Assembly: GCA_964016885.1 (NCBI GenBank)
Contig: OZ024743.1
Coordinates: forward strand, 81,840,001-81,904,000
Direction of reading: 5' to 3'
Source of the DNA: Eledone cirrhosa
Lineage: Eukaryota
Length of the DNA stretch: 64,000 nucleotides
Shown here: positions 29,683 to 47,022 of the stretch, one piece after another
Position numbering within the stretch: position 1 is the first letter of the stretch
Layout of the letters: each line of letters starts with the position of its first letter
Made by a program: the position numbers and the translations under genes
Notes under the pieces: model-generated
The model's database searches: none
What the model saw: the letters and a program-made list of their open reading frames with translations, nothing else
Told to the model about the DNA's origin: nothing

Positions 29683-30413
29683 AACTGATCCCCTCCTAGT
29701 TGTCTGACCACCTTCTAGTTGTCTGATCATCTTGTCTGACCACCTTCTAGTTGTCTGACCACTTCCTAGTTGTCTGATCATCTTGTCTGACCACCTTCTA
29801 GTTGTCTGGCCACCTTCTAGTTGTCTGAGCACCTCCTAGTTGTCTGATCACCTTGTCTGACCACCTTCTAGTTGTCTGACCACCTCCTAGTTGTTTGACC
29901 ATCTCCTAGTTGTCTGATCACCTCCTAGTTGTCTGATCACCTTGTCTGACCACCTTCTAGTTGTCTGACCATCTCCTAGTTGTCTGAGACCTCCTAGTTA
30001 TCTGATCACCTCTTAGTTGTCTGATCACCTTGTCTGATCACCTTGTCTGACCACCTTCTAGTTGTCTGACTACCTCCTAGTTGTCTGATCACCTTGTCTG
30101 ACCACCTACTAGTTGTCTGATCCCCTTGTCTGACCACCTCCTAGTTGTCTGATCACCTTGTCTGACCACCTTGTCTGACCACCTTCTAGTTGTCTGACCA
30201 TCTCCTAGTTGTCTGATCACCTCCTAGTTATCTGATCACCTCTTAGTTGTCTGATCACATTGTCTGATCACCTTGTCTGACCACCTTCTAGTTGTCTGAC
30301 TACCTCCTAGTTGTCTGATCACCTTGTCTGACCACCTACTAGTTGTCTGATCCCCTTATCTGACCACCTCCTAGTTGTCTGATCACCTTGTCTGACCACC
30401 TTCTAGCTGTCTG
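29683..30413. repeat. Composite minisatellite of ~19-bp (cacctcctagttgtctgat) and 13-bp (caccttgtctgac) units
   Basis: Direct inspection; includes a higher-order duplicated block. Confidence 0.9.
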
Positions 30414-31049
30414 CAACGTAAGACTATCAGACGCCAAAGAAGACTAAAACAACTTCTATATTTCGGAAAAGAACTGGCTTAGCGAGGCAATATGTTGTTC
30501 AGGTTGACACTTCATTGGATGTCTACAATTTCAATGTGGCCTCTTAGCAAGGAACATCTTTCGTAAAACGCATTTTTTCGGTGTCTTTATATCCTTCCTG
30601 TAATTTAAAGAAATGCCGTTGCTATTTCATGCAGTCAAAGCGATCATATAGAGGCTCCCTCGTATTTTGTTGTTGTTTTTCTGTTTTACTTGTGCAAGTT
30701 TAGAATCCACTTAAAATAACAAAGACTTTCTGTAAGGATATGAAAAAGACATTAGAATATTTCCCATATTGAAAACACTGCAGCCACACTTATTGCTATA
30801 ACATAATGACACAGTTGTAAGATTTGTTCAGATAGACAACATATTGTGTTGCTCCTACATAGAATAGAGGGCGTTGTTTCTAGTGGAAGAAGCAATCTAT
30901 TGAATTGACACCAAGATATTACAGTTATCTTATCTTGGAACAAGTAGAGCATACTCAATTGGCACCAGAGTATAACAGATACCCTCGAAAAAGTAGGGTG
31001 TATTCAATTCACACGAGAATATATATATTTACATACTCATATGGACATA

Positions 31050-31148
<99 letters not shown>

Positions 31149-31852
31149 TCATTCAGTTATGAGTGCCAGTGACGGGTGAAGGTACCTAACGTTTTAGTTA
31201 ATGAAGTGTTCTGTTCAAGATTGAAAGATCGTGGGTTCCATTTGTATTTTCAAATAAGTTCTGTAATCGAGAGGACCTTTCATACAACACTGACTCATCC
31301 TGAGAACTAAGTCAAGAGTGCACGTGTTTGTGGAACACACAACCACGTACGTGTACATTATTTTGATGATTAGACTGTTGTGTTGTTGGAACAAGTAGAA
31401 GACTGATCGTCAGCACCGACGGAGGTCCAAAACACACACACACACATATACACAGATGATGGCGTTCGTGTATGTGTTCTATTCGCAAACAAGTGGTCCT
31501 GGGTTGAGTCACATCATACATCTTGGACGTCTTCTGTACCTTGTCAGTTGTAAACAGAAACTACAGAAATCCGGCCATGTCCCGTGTATAACTCGCATTT
31601 GTCGTCTTCCTTGTCCTCGTACCGCACACACTCAACATACGCACACATATATATGTGTGTGTGTTTATATACATATATATGTGTGTGTGTTTATATATGT
31701 ATGTGTGTGTGTGTGTGTATCTATATATATATATATGTATATAGCCGACTGAAAACGCTCGTAAGTTTTTTCCCCACAATTAATTTTCTCATTTTCCCCG
31801 ATCCTTTCTCTCATCACTTTTTTCCTTTCTATATATTTTCTATTTCTAACTC

Positions 31853-31892
31853 TATCTCTGATAAAGGACTAGTGTCCAAAACGTTAACATTC
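31853..31892 (+). ncRNA. Degenerate minimal Penelope-type hammerhead
   Basis: atct CTGATAA aGGAC tagt GTCC AAAAC GTTA; two G>A changes from CTGATGA..GAAAC. Confidence 0.45.
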
Positions 31893-31980
31893 TCTTCCTG
31901 CTATTTCAAGCGTTAAACAAATATATTTCTTCAGTGTTCTGTGCCGTTTGTTTTGTTATTTTTGTTATTATTTTACAAAC

Positions 31981-32106
<126 letters not shown>

Positions 32107-32275
32107 ATTGCTGTTGAAGAACCTAAAAAGTGAGGTGTTTCGTGAAACTCAGTAAGACAATGTTTTGTTAGAGAAATAAACATTCTTTCGGGCCATAACT
32201 TCATTTTAACTGATTTTATTACACCTTTGGTTTCTTGTTATATTTTCAGCTATTTTGTTTATATGCAAAAGTATG

Positions 32276-32355
<80 letters not shown>

Positions 32356-32416
32356 CCTCTCTCTCTCTATCTATCTATCTCTCTCTCTGTATATGTATAT
32401 ATATATATATATATAT

Positions 32417-33433
<1,017 letters not shown>

Positions 33434-33593
33434 TATATATATATATGGATATATATATATATATGTATATATGTATATATATATACGTGTGTGTGTATAA
33501 ATGTATATATGTATTTATATATATGTATATATACATTTATGTATGTATATATATATGTATATATATATGTATATATATATATATATGTATGTA

Positions 33594-33688
<95 letters not shown>

Positions 33689-33975
33689 ATATATATATGT
33701 ATATATATATATATGTATATGTATATATATATGTATGTATATATATATGCGTATATATATATATATGGACATATATATAAGATTTATACATGTATAAATG
33801 TTTATACATGTATATATATGTACATATACATAAATATATATGTATACATATATAAACAGACATACATACACATATGTATATATAAATATACATATATATT
33901 ATGTATATATATACGTAATATATACGTATATTTATATATACATATGTGTATGTATGTATGTATATATATGTATAA

Positions 33976-34049
<74 letters not shown>

Positions 34050-34073
34050 TATGAAGACTAGTAAAATGAGGTA

Positions 34074-34161
34074 TCCTCTTGATAAGTTGGCAGACCTCGC
34101 AAGGACTCTATATCTTTGATATATTGTTTTTGTTTATGCCACGAAACTACGTAGTCGAGGA
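34074..34161 (+). ncRNA. Type I hammerhead with UUGAUAA core variant
   Basis: TCCTC TTGATAA GT(t)GGCA..TGCCAC GAAAC TACGTA GTC GAGGA; palindromic stem III ACTACGTAGT. Confidence 0.7.
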
Positions 34162-34395
34162 ATTTAGGAACAGTTTAGGTATGATACATTTTATTACTAA
34201 TTATATCTAAATGTTTCTTCTCTCTTCATAATGTATTTTTAACTCTGATACTGGTTCAGTCTGGTTCAAACTGAATTGGTCTGTCCCAGTCATTCATTGA
34301 GCAACATCGGTGAAGTTGGCACCCTTAACTCACAGTTGGGTGCGGATGCATTCATGTATATATGTGTGTGTCCGCATGTATCTGTGTGTTTTTAA

Positions 34396-34464
<69 letters not shown>

Positions 34465-34627
34465 GTGCATTTTAACTTTAATTTATAATGCACCGCTTCG
34501 TTGCCATTATATAATAGGGTTTTTGTTAATGGTAAGTCTGTGAGTTTTGAAAGTATTGTGTTGTACGAATATACATACATGTACATCCTCACACACATAC
34601 ACTCATATATATATATATGTGTATCTA

Positions 34628-34675
<48 letters not shown>

Positions 34676-34701
34676 TAGATAGATAGATAGATAGATACAT
34701 A

Positions 34702-34763
<62 letters not shown>

Positions 34764-34767
34764 TATG

Positions 34768-34802
<35 letters not shown>

Positions 34803-34958
34803 ATATATATATATATATATATAACCCATGTGCAACCACGCAGTATTCTTCTTTCTTCTCATGTTTTATATATATATATATATCAGTTTATTTTATATCA
34901 TATCGAAATGACTTCTACGGGACTAGGAGAGACAGCCCGCTATCTCTCTCTCTCTCTC

Positions 34959-35000
<42 letters not shown>

Positions 35001-35404
35001 ACTCTCTCTCTCTATATATATATAACTACTTGCATATGGGGAACAGTTTTTTCACTTTTATATACACTGTCTACATAACTGTGTATAGCAACAACAGCAA
35101 TATAAATAACAATATTGTTTGTGGTTTCCAAATTCGAGAGAAGTTCAACAATTTGAGTACGAGATCAACACAAGTATTTGATAGGGAGTTTATTTTCTCG
35201 AGCTGAGAATGTTGAAAATAAAGTTGACATCAGTGAGACACGAACTCAGAAGATAATGGTTCGTAAGTTGAGCAAGGTAAGCTGTCCGACACTCTACCGG
35301 TTATGTTGATCTACTGCTTTGATAACTATAGAATAAAGATAGCAATAATCTAACAAGAACATGATGAGTGATAATAATGATAATAATAATAATAATAATG
35401 AGTC

Positions 35405-38400
35405 ATTTATTAGCCACAAGTTCCGACATGTAGGGGACAGTACAAAGACAGGGACAGTGGGGGTTTACAATAAGGTCGAGTAAACGTACACAATGGCAAA
35501 ACTAATTTAACAATGAAGATATGAAAAATATAAAATAAATGATGCATAAATATAACAAAATAAATTCCCCGATAGGGGGTGGACGACCCTGGGGTGACTC
35601 GGGTATCCACCAATCCTGAACCACCCTATGCTTCTAGGGCACCCAGGGAGAGCACCCCTCTCAAGTTAGCTAGCCTATAGGCGCATGGTCAGAGTAGGCC
35701 CATTCACACGGGCCATTCTCGCCACATTCATCCACCTTTTAACAAATGTACTGGGGGTGGGGGTGGGGGCAGCATTTCTCTCTCCACCCTCACCTTCCTT
35801 TCCAGGTGAAACTTGAAGAAGTTGATGAGGGATTGGCCGAAGAGAAAAGTGTCTGTCTTCAGTCCTTTTAATCTGGTCCACCATATAACCTCTTTCGCAA
35901 CTGCCACCAGACAGAGGGAAATTTCCTGCTCTTCCTGACCTAAGGAAGGCGGCGGGTCGATCTTCTCTATGGACTCGGCCGATAGCCGAATTCGTTCCAC
36001 ACGCGACAGTGGCTGTTCGACATAACTCCACAAGTCAGTAATGCATGGACATTGGACAAGTGCGTGCAGAACGGTTTCGTCGTTCTGTGCGCATCTTGGG
36101 CAGGTCCGTCTGACAGCACTTCCGTGCCTGTAGAGTTCATCCCGAACCGGCAGTGCCCTCGGTAGCACTGCCAATTTCTGGAAATTGTCCATCGTCCTTG
36201 GCTCGAAAGTCCTCCGGTACAGACTGGTCAGTTCGACTTCGTCGAGGCCCAGCTTCTCCGAGTGCGTCATCGCACTTGCCCACCACTAATCCTCTATAGA
36301 ACTCGAGAGTGGAAGTTCCACTGATCGCATTGCCCGCTTGGTAGAGGGCAGTGAGTGCCTGGCAACATTCCAGGTGCCAGTCACCCAGTCTCGGTCTCTT
36401 CTTGACCCAGGTCTGCAGCTCAGTCAAAGAAACGAGCTGCGGAAAGGCTCGTCTGATAAACGGCGACCACACCTGTTCACCGTTTAGGCAGAATATCTGG
36501 AAATGTCGCAGCCTTAACGCATGTCTGCGCATCATTAGCGTAGAGGGTGCTGGCAGCAGATGGACCGCCTCACCAACAGAACTTGTCCCCTCCACAAGAA
36601 TTTGAAGAGGAGCCGTTCCAACTTGACGAGGCACGGACGGGGGCAAGACACGACGGTCAGGCGGTAGTAGATGACGGACGCGATGTACGCATTCGCCTCC
36701 TCCGCGCGACCTTTCAGTGATAGCTTCCTCCCAGTCCGTTTTTGGGTGGCACTGGCTACTCTGCTCGTTACCTCGTCCCAATTCTTTTCCACCTGGAGGT
36801 CTGGTCTGAACCAAACCCCGAGCAACTTTACCGGTCCGTCCGTCCAGCGCCCCACGACGCTGTTGGGCGGCATAGGCTTGCCTCTCCATGTTCCGACTGC
36901 AAGCCCACCGACTTTTCAATAAGGTGCCGACTACCTCGATTTCTGAGGTGTCCGACACCATTACGGTGATGTCGTCCGCATAAGCCGACACCGCCTTTCC
37001 ACGTCCCGGTTCGAGCGGGATGCCCTGCAACAGCTCCAGCTTCCGCAGTAAAGGCTCGAGAGTCAATACGTACATAAGGGAAGAGAGAGGGCACTCTTGA
37101 CGGACCGATCGGGAGAGCCAAAATGGTTCCGAGAGGTGGCCATTAACCTTGACCACCGAGCGTGTACGGCTGTGCATTGCAGCGATCCAGCTTCTGAAGA
37201 CAGGGCCGAAGCCAGCTGCTTTGAGGACAAACTCCAGATACCGATGGTCGACCCTATCGAATGCTTTCAATTGATCTGAATTGATCAGTGCCCCACCGAA
37301 GCCAGGTTTACACCCTACCCTCTCTATGATGTATCGCATGAGGTGGAGATTGTCGTGTATGGACCTGGTTGGGATTGCGCAAGTTTGCGCCTCCTCAACC
37401 AAATCCTCGACGACAAGCGCCAATCTCTTTGCTAACACCTTGGCCAAAATCTTAAACTCTGTGTTGAGCAGAGTTATGGGCCTGAAGTTGTCTAATGTAT
37501 CCCTCTTGTTCTCGTCTTTCCTTATCAGCGTCACCACTCCCCTGCTCACAGAACTGGGAATACTCCCATTCTGCTGCCAGTTGCAGTAGAGTGCTTCGAG
37601 GAGATCGGAGAACAAGTCTAGCATATTTACGTAAAGCTCGTAGGGCAGGCCATCCAAACCGGGCTTCCTGAATTTCGGCTGAAGTAATCGGCCTTTCGCA
37701 GCGCTCAGCGTCGACCGTTGAGATGCGCGGCAAGCCGTCAAGGTAGGGACTGAAATCCGCTACTCTCTCTGACTCGCCACTCTCCCTGAACAACCGAGCA
37801 AAGTGCTGACGAAAGGCTTCACACATCCGCTTGGAATCGCTTATCTCGTGTCCATCTCGGTCCGCCAAAGACCGAATTGTGGTTTTATTACCACGCTGCG
37901 CCTCCGCCACGCGGGCCCATCGAACAGCTTTGGTTCCCTCATTTCTCAGCGCACGCGCCTTAGCTCTGACAATGTAACCTGAAGAAATGGTCTAATGCCA
38001 TTCTAGCCGCTAGCACGTTAGTTACAATGCCACTACAAATAGCCTCGTTTAACTTATCTACCAGCTCTCCCTCCTTTCTATTTTTCTCTAACGCTAGTTC
38101 TTTGCTGAACTCTATCGAAGTTACTCTAATCTCTCTTTTGTGAGCCCCCCACCATCTGTTGTTGATGATCCCCCCTGTCAACTTTTGCTTAACTAAATTG
38201 TTGACTCGGTCCCTGTAAGCCTTATGTGCCAGAAATGACATGTTCAGCTTCCAGTAACCCGGTCCTAACCTACGCGTTTTATCTAGGTCGACCATACAGA
38301 TCACAAATTTGTTATCTGAATAAGCGACCGTTTTAAAAATTGGGCAGCCTACACTATTTCTATCTATTTTCCTAATGAAGATCTTGTCTATATACGATCT

Positions 38401-40403
38401 AGATGACCCCATTCGGTTGGTCCATGTCCATACTGGCACATTGGGGAAATCTAGTCGATACCTGTCAGACAGTTGGAACTGGATGAGTAGGTGCTTGAGG
38501 CTTTTGCACCCCCCGCTCCTATCAGCCACTCCCATACAATCCCAGCGTGCGTCTAAGATGCCATTCCAGTCCCCCGCTAACAGTAAAGGGCGAGACGTAC
38601 CCAGAAAGGTCTCCAGGCGCCTAAAGAAGTCCGGTCGTCCGGCCCTGTAGGGGCGTAGACGGCCAACAGTCTAAAGGCAACACCTTCGCTACATCTCACA
38701 TCCAAGACCACGAACTTACCGTCCGGGTCCCGGAAGATCGACCTTACCTCGAGATCCAGTCCTTTCCTGATCAGCACTGTCACCCCATCCCCTATTCCCG
38801 ACCTGCTAACAAATGCGAAGATCTGATAGTCGTCGAAAATGGGGGCTAGTTCACGCGTGTCGGAAATTCTGGTCTCGCTGACGGCTATCACATCCATTTC
38901 CAGCGACCTGAGGTTGTTGAGCAGGCGACCCTGCTTCCAGGGTGACCCAGGGCCGCGAACATTTAAACTTCCTACTCTTAATATGGCCATGTTTGCAAGC
39001 TAAAAGAGAGAGGGAAGGTTACTTACCTCCCGGGGTCTTGTGAAGGTCGGGTGGTTCGACCTCCATAGTTGGTGGGGTTTCTTTTGGGAACCCCTTTAAA
39101 AGTCGATGTGGGTTTCACATTCGGGGTTCCTACGTCTTGAGGAAAGCTTTCCCGAATTTCTTTGAAGGAATCGAGTGACATTCTGACCAGAAGCAAATCT
39201 TCTGGCACGCAAAATGTGCTCATTTCAAAAATCTTCCCCTCTGTTTGAATGTCCTCGCTTCGTGCTAAGAGGGCCATCAGTTTATCGTTGGCCCTTCTGG
39301 CAAGCACGAAGTTTTTAACATTTTGTTGGTGTGGTGTCTGCAATTTCAGGTATTTGTGTGTTTATTTGTACTTGTGTTTGTTTAGGTTGTTTGCGTTTCG
39401 GGGATTGTGTCGATGTTGCTGTTGGTGCTGATGTTATTGGGGAAGTGTTTGCGTTAGTGGTGTCTGTATTTTTTGTTGTGTATGTTTTTGTTTTGTTGGG
39501 GCATTTTGTTTTTGTGAGTTTTCTCTGTTTTTTTGCACTTTTGGGTTTTCCCTCATCTTCGCTGCTGGAAGACAAAGGGTCTGTGGCTGTGAGTGTCTCT
39601 GTGTCTGTGTGTGCGTTTATTGTTTCATCTATTGGGGCGGTAGGGGAGTGGGAGAGCTTTCCTCGTTTTCCCCTTGGATTGGTTTCGGTGTTGGTGGTGG
39701 TCCGGCTGTTTTTGATGTTGGTGTCCGTGTCTTTGTTGGTGTTGTTTTTGGTGGTGGTGGTGCAGCTTTCCGTGCTTGACACTAGCGTTGGCAACAAAGG
39801 AGGTTTGCGACACCCTGCATTTTTGCGCTGCGGGCAGAAGGCTTGCAGATGCGTTGCTTCCCCGCAGACGAAGCAGTGTGGCCTTCTTCCCTCAGTGATT
39901 ATTTGGATTGTTGTCTCGTCCTGCAGGCGGGCAAAATCCGGAATGTTATTCATGTCCTCCGGTTTCATTTGGAGAAGAATCTCCAAATCCATTCCGGACC
40001 AGTCTTCTCTCTCTGTCCTTTTGATATCCAGCAATGTAGTGTCTGTCCCCTCCTCGATTACGCATCCCAGCAGCCACCATATGTTCACTCCTGGTGGGAT
40101 GCTGGGAATGCGAACCTTTACTGTCCTTTTACCCATGTAGGTTGGGTGCATGATAATGCGTTCCGTTTTTCAGGGGGTCACCGAGTGCTTAATAGCAAGG
40201 GCCTCGGTTTTGAACAGTACCGAGATGGTACCGAACTGTTTGGCTCTTGCTTTATACTCTATGTCACTGCCGATGCACTCCAAAGCAGCCTCGACCTCTG
40301 CTTGGCTGGCAAGTTCCACTTTTCGTGTCTGCACCGAAATGCATCGAAAGTACACCGTCCTCCTTTGCATGGCCGCTATTGCCCCGTCCAGGGTGTCATT
40401 TTC
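35405..40403 (-). mobile_element. Tx1/L1-clade LINE, copy 3, nearly full length
   Basis: ORF1 with zinc knuckle CFVCGEATHLQAFC (39315-40151); ORF2 from MAILRVGSLNVRG (38990) to stop at 35675, many frameshifts; (AAT)/(GAT) repeats on both flanks. Confidence 0.93.
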
Positions 40404-41464
40404 AGATGATAATAAGGATGATAATAATGATGATGATAATAACAACAAAGTCCAAATATAATTAGTTGCATTTTTATTTGCATTTTATTCAAAGTTTAAT
40501 ATGTACATTGTGTGGTTTGATTTATCACATGAGGTTGAGGAGGGGGTGAAGAGGGGGGTGAGAGGAGGGGGTGGATGGTGAGGATGTGGGGAGGAGGAAA
40601 AGAAGTTTAAGAACAGAAGGTGGAGGAAAAGGAAAATGGTTGGTGATTGTTTCTATTGCAAGAACATCAACTGAGAGATTACAAATAGAAATTATTTAAG
40701 AAAGTTGGAAGCATTAATCGTGTAAGAGAGACGTGTGTATCAAACGATGGTATCTTTATTAAATAGCAATACAAACAATAGTGATGGTGGCACTGAAACT
40801 CCTTCAATCTGATCCATAAGTAAAGGAAACTATATTTCAATGTCCCAGAATGTATGGAGTGTGAAAAGAAATAAATCAATCATACAATCATCGAAACCAC
40901 AGCCGATTATGTCAACGGATCAAGACCATGCCTGTTATGTCTCACATAAAAATATAACATTCGTATGAAAACATTTTAAATACTGAATAAACGACAAAAA
41001 GTTATTTCTTTTACTCCCGAGAGGATTATTTAGAACGAGGCTCTACAAAAAAAGAGAAATAAATAAAGTGAAATAGGTTAACTAAAAACCAAGTCTTCAG
41101 CCTAGACACGGTTTGCAAAGATTTTACAATTAATCTCCAGTAACTCTAAGACGTCATGTTATATAATATCATATAAGGTTTATTGCATCATATATGTCCT
41201 ACGACTATACTATTTTATTTCATAACTGTTCATTGGCTGCAAGGGATCGGCAGGAGTATAGTGAATTGACGTAATAATTTGACGGGTACATTACCTACAT
41301 TACAGCTACTTATTGAGTGCACCCTCATCTGGAGGAAATAAAAAATGCATAAATATGTCATTAAAAACACATAAATATACTTAACGTCATTAATTGTTTA
41401 ATGTGAATCCGTTTTACTTTTTATAGCTCGGTTATTATCAAGATAAGTTTACACCATGTTCTGC

Positions 41465-41547
41465 AGCGGTCTAATGTGGTCTAGTGAAGTCTGGTGTGGT
41501 GTGGTCTAGTGGGGTCTGCTGGGACCTGGTGGGGTCCGGTGGGGTCT
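41465..41547. repeat. Degenerate 10-bp tandem repeat (ggtctggtgg)
   Basis: About 8 units. Confidence 0.6.
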
Positions 41548-41780
41548 TTTGAAAGGTGAGATTTATCAAGTTTAATACAGTTTTTACGTAATGACACGCG
41601 ATCCTCGCCACTGCATTGGTCCTAGTGAGAATTTAACTGAATTCAAAATGGCCTACCTGCCGCTTCTCTCATAAACATTGTATTGCAAACAGCAATTAAC
41701 AGGAATATTAACGTATTAAAAGAAAGATTTATAATTAAACATAATTTTCTGGGGAGTAACCACAGACCACAAAATGGTTT

Positions 41781-41886
<106 letters not shown>

Positions 41887-42181
41887 GCATATAAGTAGAG
41901 AGATAGTTAATACGAAGCATAGTGAGATATAATGTGTGTGTGTATATGTGCGTGTGTAGAAAGTATAGATGTCGATATGCATATGTGTGAGTATGTGAGT
42001 GTGTGCATGTATTTCTATATATCTGTGTATAAATATACATATATATGTTAAAATATTAAGATGTGTATGTGTACAGAGGTATGAATGTGGGTGTGCTAAG
42101 ACATCACAGCTATGTGGGATGGATGTGAGTATATCGAGTTATACATTCTCTCATGTGATCAACTAAGGCCAGAATGTCGGA

Positions 42182-42217
<36 letters not shown>

Positions 42218-42296
42218 TATATATAAGTTATTCCGGATTGAATCGGAGGTAACCGTATTTATATATATATATGTATATTTATATATATAATAATAT

Positions 42297-42409
<113 letters not shown>

Positions 42410-42466
42410 TAAATATATATATATATAGTATATATATATATATATAAATATATATATATATAAATA

Positions 42467-42610
<144 letters not shown>

Positions 42611-42614
42611 ATAT

Positions 42615-42659
<45 letters not shown>

Positions 42660-42691
42660 CAGATATATATATGTATTTATATATATACATA

Positions 42692-42746
<55 letters not shown>

Positions 42747-42749
<3 letters not shown>

Positions 42750-42860
42750 AACGAGTAGGACCCGACGGCTGAGCTCAAGCCGTTTCAACGGCTAATTCTG
42801 GACTGAATTTGGTTATGGTCCACGTTATGGTCCACCTGGTTCCTTACCACATTTCCTCCG

Positions 42861-42865
<5 letters not shown>
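42747..42865. mobile_element. Second copy of the 25792-25998 family with internal inversion
   Basis: Shares gacggctgagctcaagccgtttc and gttatggtccacctggttccttaccacatttcc. Confidence 0.7.
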
Positions 42866-42900
<35 letters not shown>

Positions 42901-42901
42901 A

Positions 42902-43270
42902 TACTTTGGGAGGGTCATGTTGCCAATAAGAAACACACGCACCAGTTGCTTTCACTTCAATTTAATAAATAAATTTATAAATTTAAGAATTTATAAATTT
43001 CCGGTTGGTTGGTTGGTTCCACAACCAGATGGTTGTTTATATAGTGTGAAAGTTCTTTCGTCACATATACTTTCACCTCTTCAGTGACTGGGGATTCTTT
43101 TCTTTGTTTTTTGTGCCTTTCCTTTGTTCTCTCCTATGCCATCTGAAGATGGAAACAACCAACCAACCAGAAATTTATAAATTCCTAAATTTATAAATTT
43201 ATTATAATAAATTGAAGTGAAAGCAACTGGTGCGTGTGTTTCTTATTGGCAACATGGCCCTCCCAAAGTA
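42902..43270. repeat. ~130-bp inverted repeat with ~110-bp spacer; decayed hammerhead-like motif at 43143-43200
   Basis: tactttgggagggtcatgttgcc.. versus ..ggcaacatggccctcccaaagta; CTGAAGA TGG..CCA GAAA with AT-rich stem III, but no stem I. Confidence 0.8.
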
Positions 43271-43361
43271 GAACAATATCGGTTTCAACACACGTTTTCA
43301 GATAAAGAATCTTGCTAAACAAATTCAGAAACGATATATATATAAATAATACATATATGTA

Positions 43362-43471
<110 letters not shown>

Positions 43472-43486
43472 AATACGTATATATAT

Positions 43487-43548
<62 letters not shown>

Positions 43549-43552
43549 ATAT

Positions 43553-43613
<61 letters not shown>

Positions 43614-43618
43614 CATAT

Positions 43619-43737
<119 letters not shown>

Positions 43738-43803
43738 TATATATATATATGTATTTATATAAATATATGTATATATATATATATATATATACATATATAT
43801 ATG

Positions 43804-43836
<33 letters not shown>

Positions 43837-43838
43837 TT

Positions 43839-43945
<107 letters not shown>

Positions 43946-44007
43946 TACATATATATATACATATGTATATATAAATACATATATATATATCTGTATATAT
44001 ATATATA

Positions 44008-44051
<44 letters not shown>

Positions 44052-44064
44052 CATATATATATCT

Positions 44065-44104
<40 letters not shown>

Positions 44105-44114
44105 ATATATATAT

Positions 44115-44145
<31 letters not shown>

Positions 44146-44189
44146 TTTACAGATATATATATATGTATTTATATATATATATATACATA

Positions 44190-44237
<48 letters not shown>

Positions 44238-44253
44238 TATACATATATATATG

Positions 44254-44363
<110 letters not shown>

Positions 44364-44509
44364 GCACTGAAAAATATTTCAAAATATCTCCCGTTAGTAA
44401 AACGAAATTAAGAATATGAAACTTCGAGTCACGATGCATTAGCACTAATAGATTGTACGTGTAAACATTTATAAGTGTATGCACCTGTGTAAGTTAATAT
44501 GAATATATG

Positions 44510-44588
<79 letters not shown>

Positions 44589-44679
44589 TTATATACATGT
44601 ATGTGTGTGTGTATTTATATATATGCATATAAACATTAACCTATACCAATTAATATATATAAACCTATATGTGGATGTA

Positions 44680-44721
<42 letters not shown>

Positions 44722-44800
44722 TATATATTGCATATAGATGCGTGTGTAGATAAAAAGCTATACTAATACATACTTTCACTTCTATTTCACGTACCTGTTC

Positions 44801-44836
<36 letters not shown>

Positions 44837-44842
44837 TATATA

Positions 44843-44950
<108 letters not shown>

Positions 44951-45117
44951 GGAGGGGGGGGGGATGAAGGAAGAAAAAGACGATCCTGTCATTGTGATTT
45001 ATATAGTTTGCAGTTTAATGAAACTAACATTATAAAAATAATTATATTACATGTTCAGTTAATTGCAAGCATAGGTTTTATACGGTATGTGGCAACAGGT
45101 AAAAGTGCATATATATT

Positions 45118-45184
<67 letters not shown>

Positions 45185-45438
45185 TAGGTACACGTACATT
45201 AAAATATGTATATTTATATGTATATATATGTATATATATATATTTATATATATATATGTATATATATATATATGAGTGTGTGTGTGTATAGTCTGTATAC
45301 ATGTATATTTAAATATGCACATGTGTATATATATATATATTTAGTATGTATACAGGCATATTTAAATATGTATGCCTATATATGTATATATATAGGTATA
45401 TATATATATGTATATATGCATGTGTATATATATATATA

Positions 45439-45503
<65 letters not shown>

Positions 45504-45719
45504 ATGCATATATAAATATATATAAATACATCTATCATGCATATATATATATAAGGTATATACGTGTGAATCTGTATATAAACCTTCTAATTATATCATA
45601 TTTCAGTACATTTCCACACCAAGTAATTGCCTTTGCAGTTCCTTTCATCACGGCCGTCTCAATAAACTCAGCCTTGCAGCGGAATTTCAAATCAGAACAC
45701 CAATATATTTGCCCATATA

Positions 45720-45809
<90 letters not shown>

Positions 45810-45946
45810 AGTGTGTTAGAGAGAGTGCGTGTATGTGTGAATGTATACATATATATATCTACATATCTATGTATGTGTATATAATATGTGTATACATTTA
45901 TATGCATTGATATATATACACGTATTTATGCATATATATATATAAT

Positions 45947-46029
<83 letters not shown>

Positions 46030-46053
46030 TAATGCGTATATATATATATATAT

Positions 46054-46302
46054 CGAAATGTAGACGAGGATTAATATTAAAATATTTAATAGACTTACGA
46101 ACGTTTCGTTAGACTAACAAGAATAAAAACTTCATTCCAGTAACAATAGCTCATCAGAGTCAATTGAATACAAATAATTGTCAGTATTTAATTGACTGAG
46201 ATGAGCTAATCTCACTGGAATGAATTCTTCATTCTTGTCAGTTAAGCTAAACTTGCGTAAGTCTAGTAAATGTTTCAATAACAATCCTTGACAAAACTTT
46301 CG

Positions 46303-46305
<3 letters not shown>
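46054..46305. repeat. Diverged palindrome with a hammerhead in each arm
   Basis: Arms 46054-46171 and 46184-46305. Confidence 0.7.
46092..46161 (-). ncRNA. Type I hammerhead ribozyme
   Basis: Minus: GACT CTGATGA gcta..taac GAAAC GTTC GTA AGTC; decayed mirror copy at 46194-46263 on plus. Confidence 0.7.
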
Positions 46306-46344
<39 letters not shown>

Positions 46345-46501
46345 CCCGGACAGGGCGATGCGTTGTATCCTTGAGCAAGGCACTTTATTTCACGTTGCTC
46401 CTTCTACCTGGAGTTGCGACCGATAGATAGTACTAGCAATTGGTGGAAATACCAATGGAAACAATTTTTCCTCGGTCCGATTTGACGAAATTCGATCGAT
46501 A

Positions 46502-46546
<45 letters not shown>

Positions 46547-47022
46547 ACATAAACGGAGAAAGCTAATAGCGATACTCCGACCAATTTCCAACTCACTCAA
46601 CAAACCTTAGGAAATACCGGAGTATATTCCCAATTTAACGTTTGGAATGCTAACTATATTCTATTGTGTGGATAATTGGCTGTATTATTTTGTATGAGAT
46701 ATATTAAAGATCTCATCTCCCAAACGAATCGTTTCATTGTAAGATTTCTACACGGTGGGTGAAATTATACCAAGTTATGTAGAATCGATGGATTCTCATG
46801 CAAGTGGGCTCGTACAAATCTTCAGTGGGTGCCCAAATAGTATTAATATTAATAACTAAATCAACATCAATATTTAGCGATAATCTCCACCAGTGCTAGA
46901 AAGAGCTGCTAAGTTGTAAGTCAAGCAGCTCGAAAGAAAATCTCACACTGTCCCCAAAATGGAAGGAGGGGGCTACCGTGAAAAATAATACACACGCAGG
47001 TCATATATATATATATATATAC

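Noticed and set aside
39331-40140. Hydrophobic 269-aa plus-strand ORF (similar ones at 58225-58866 and 8120-8566)
   Set aside because: Antisense shadow of the A/C-rich Tx1 ORF1.
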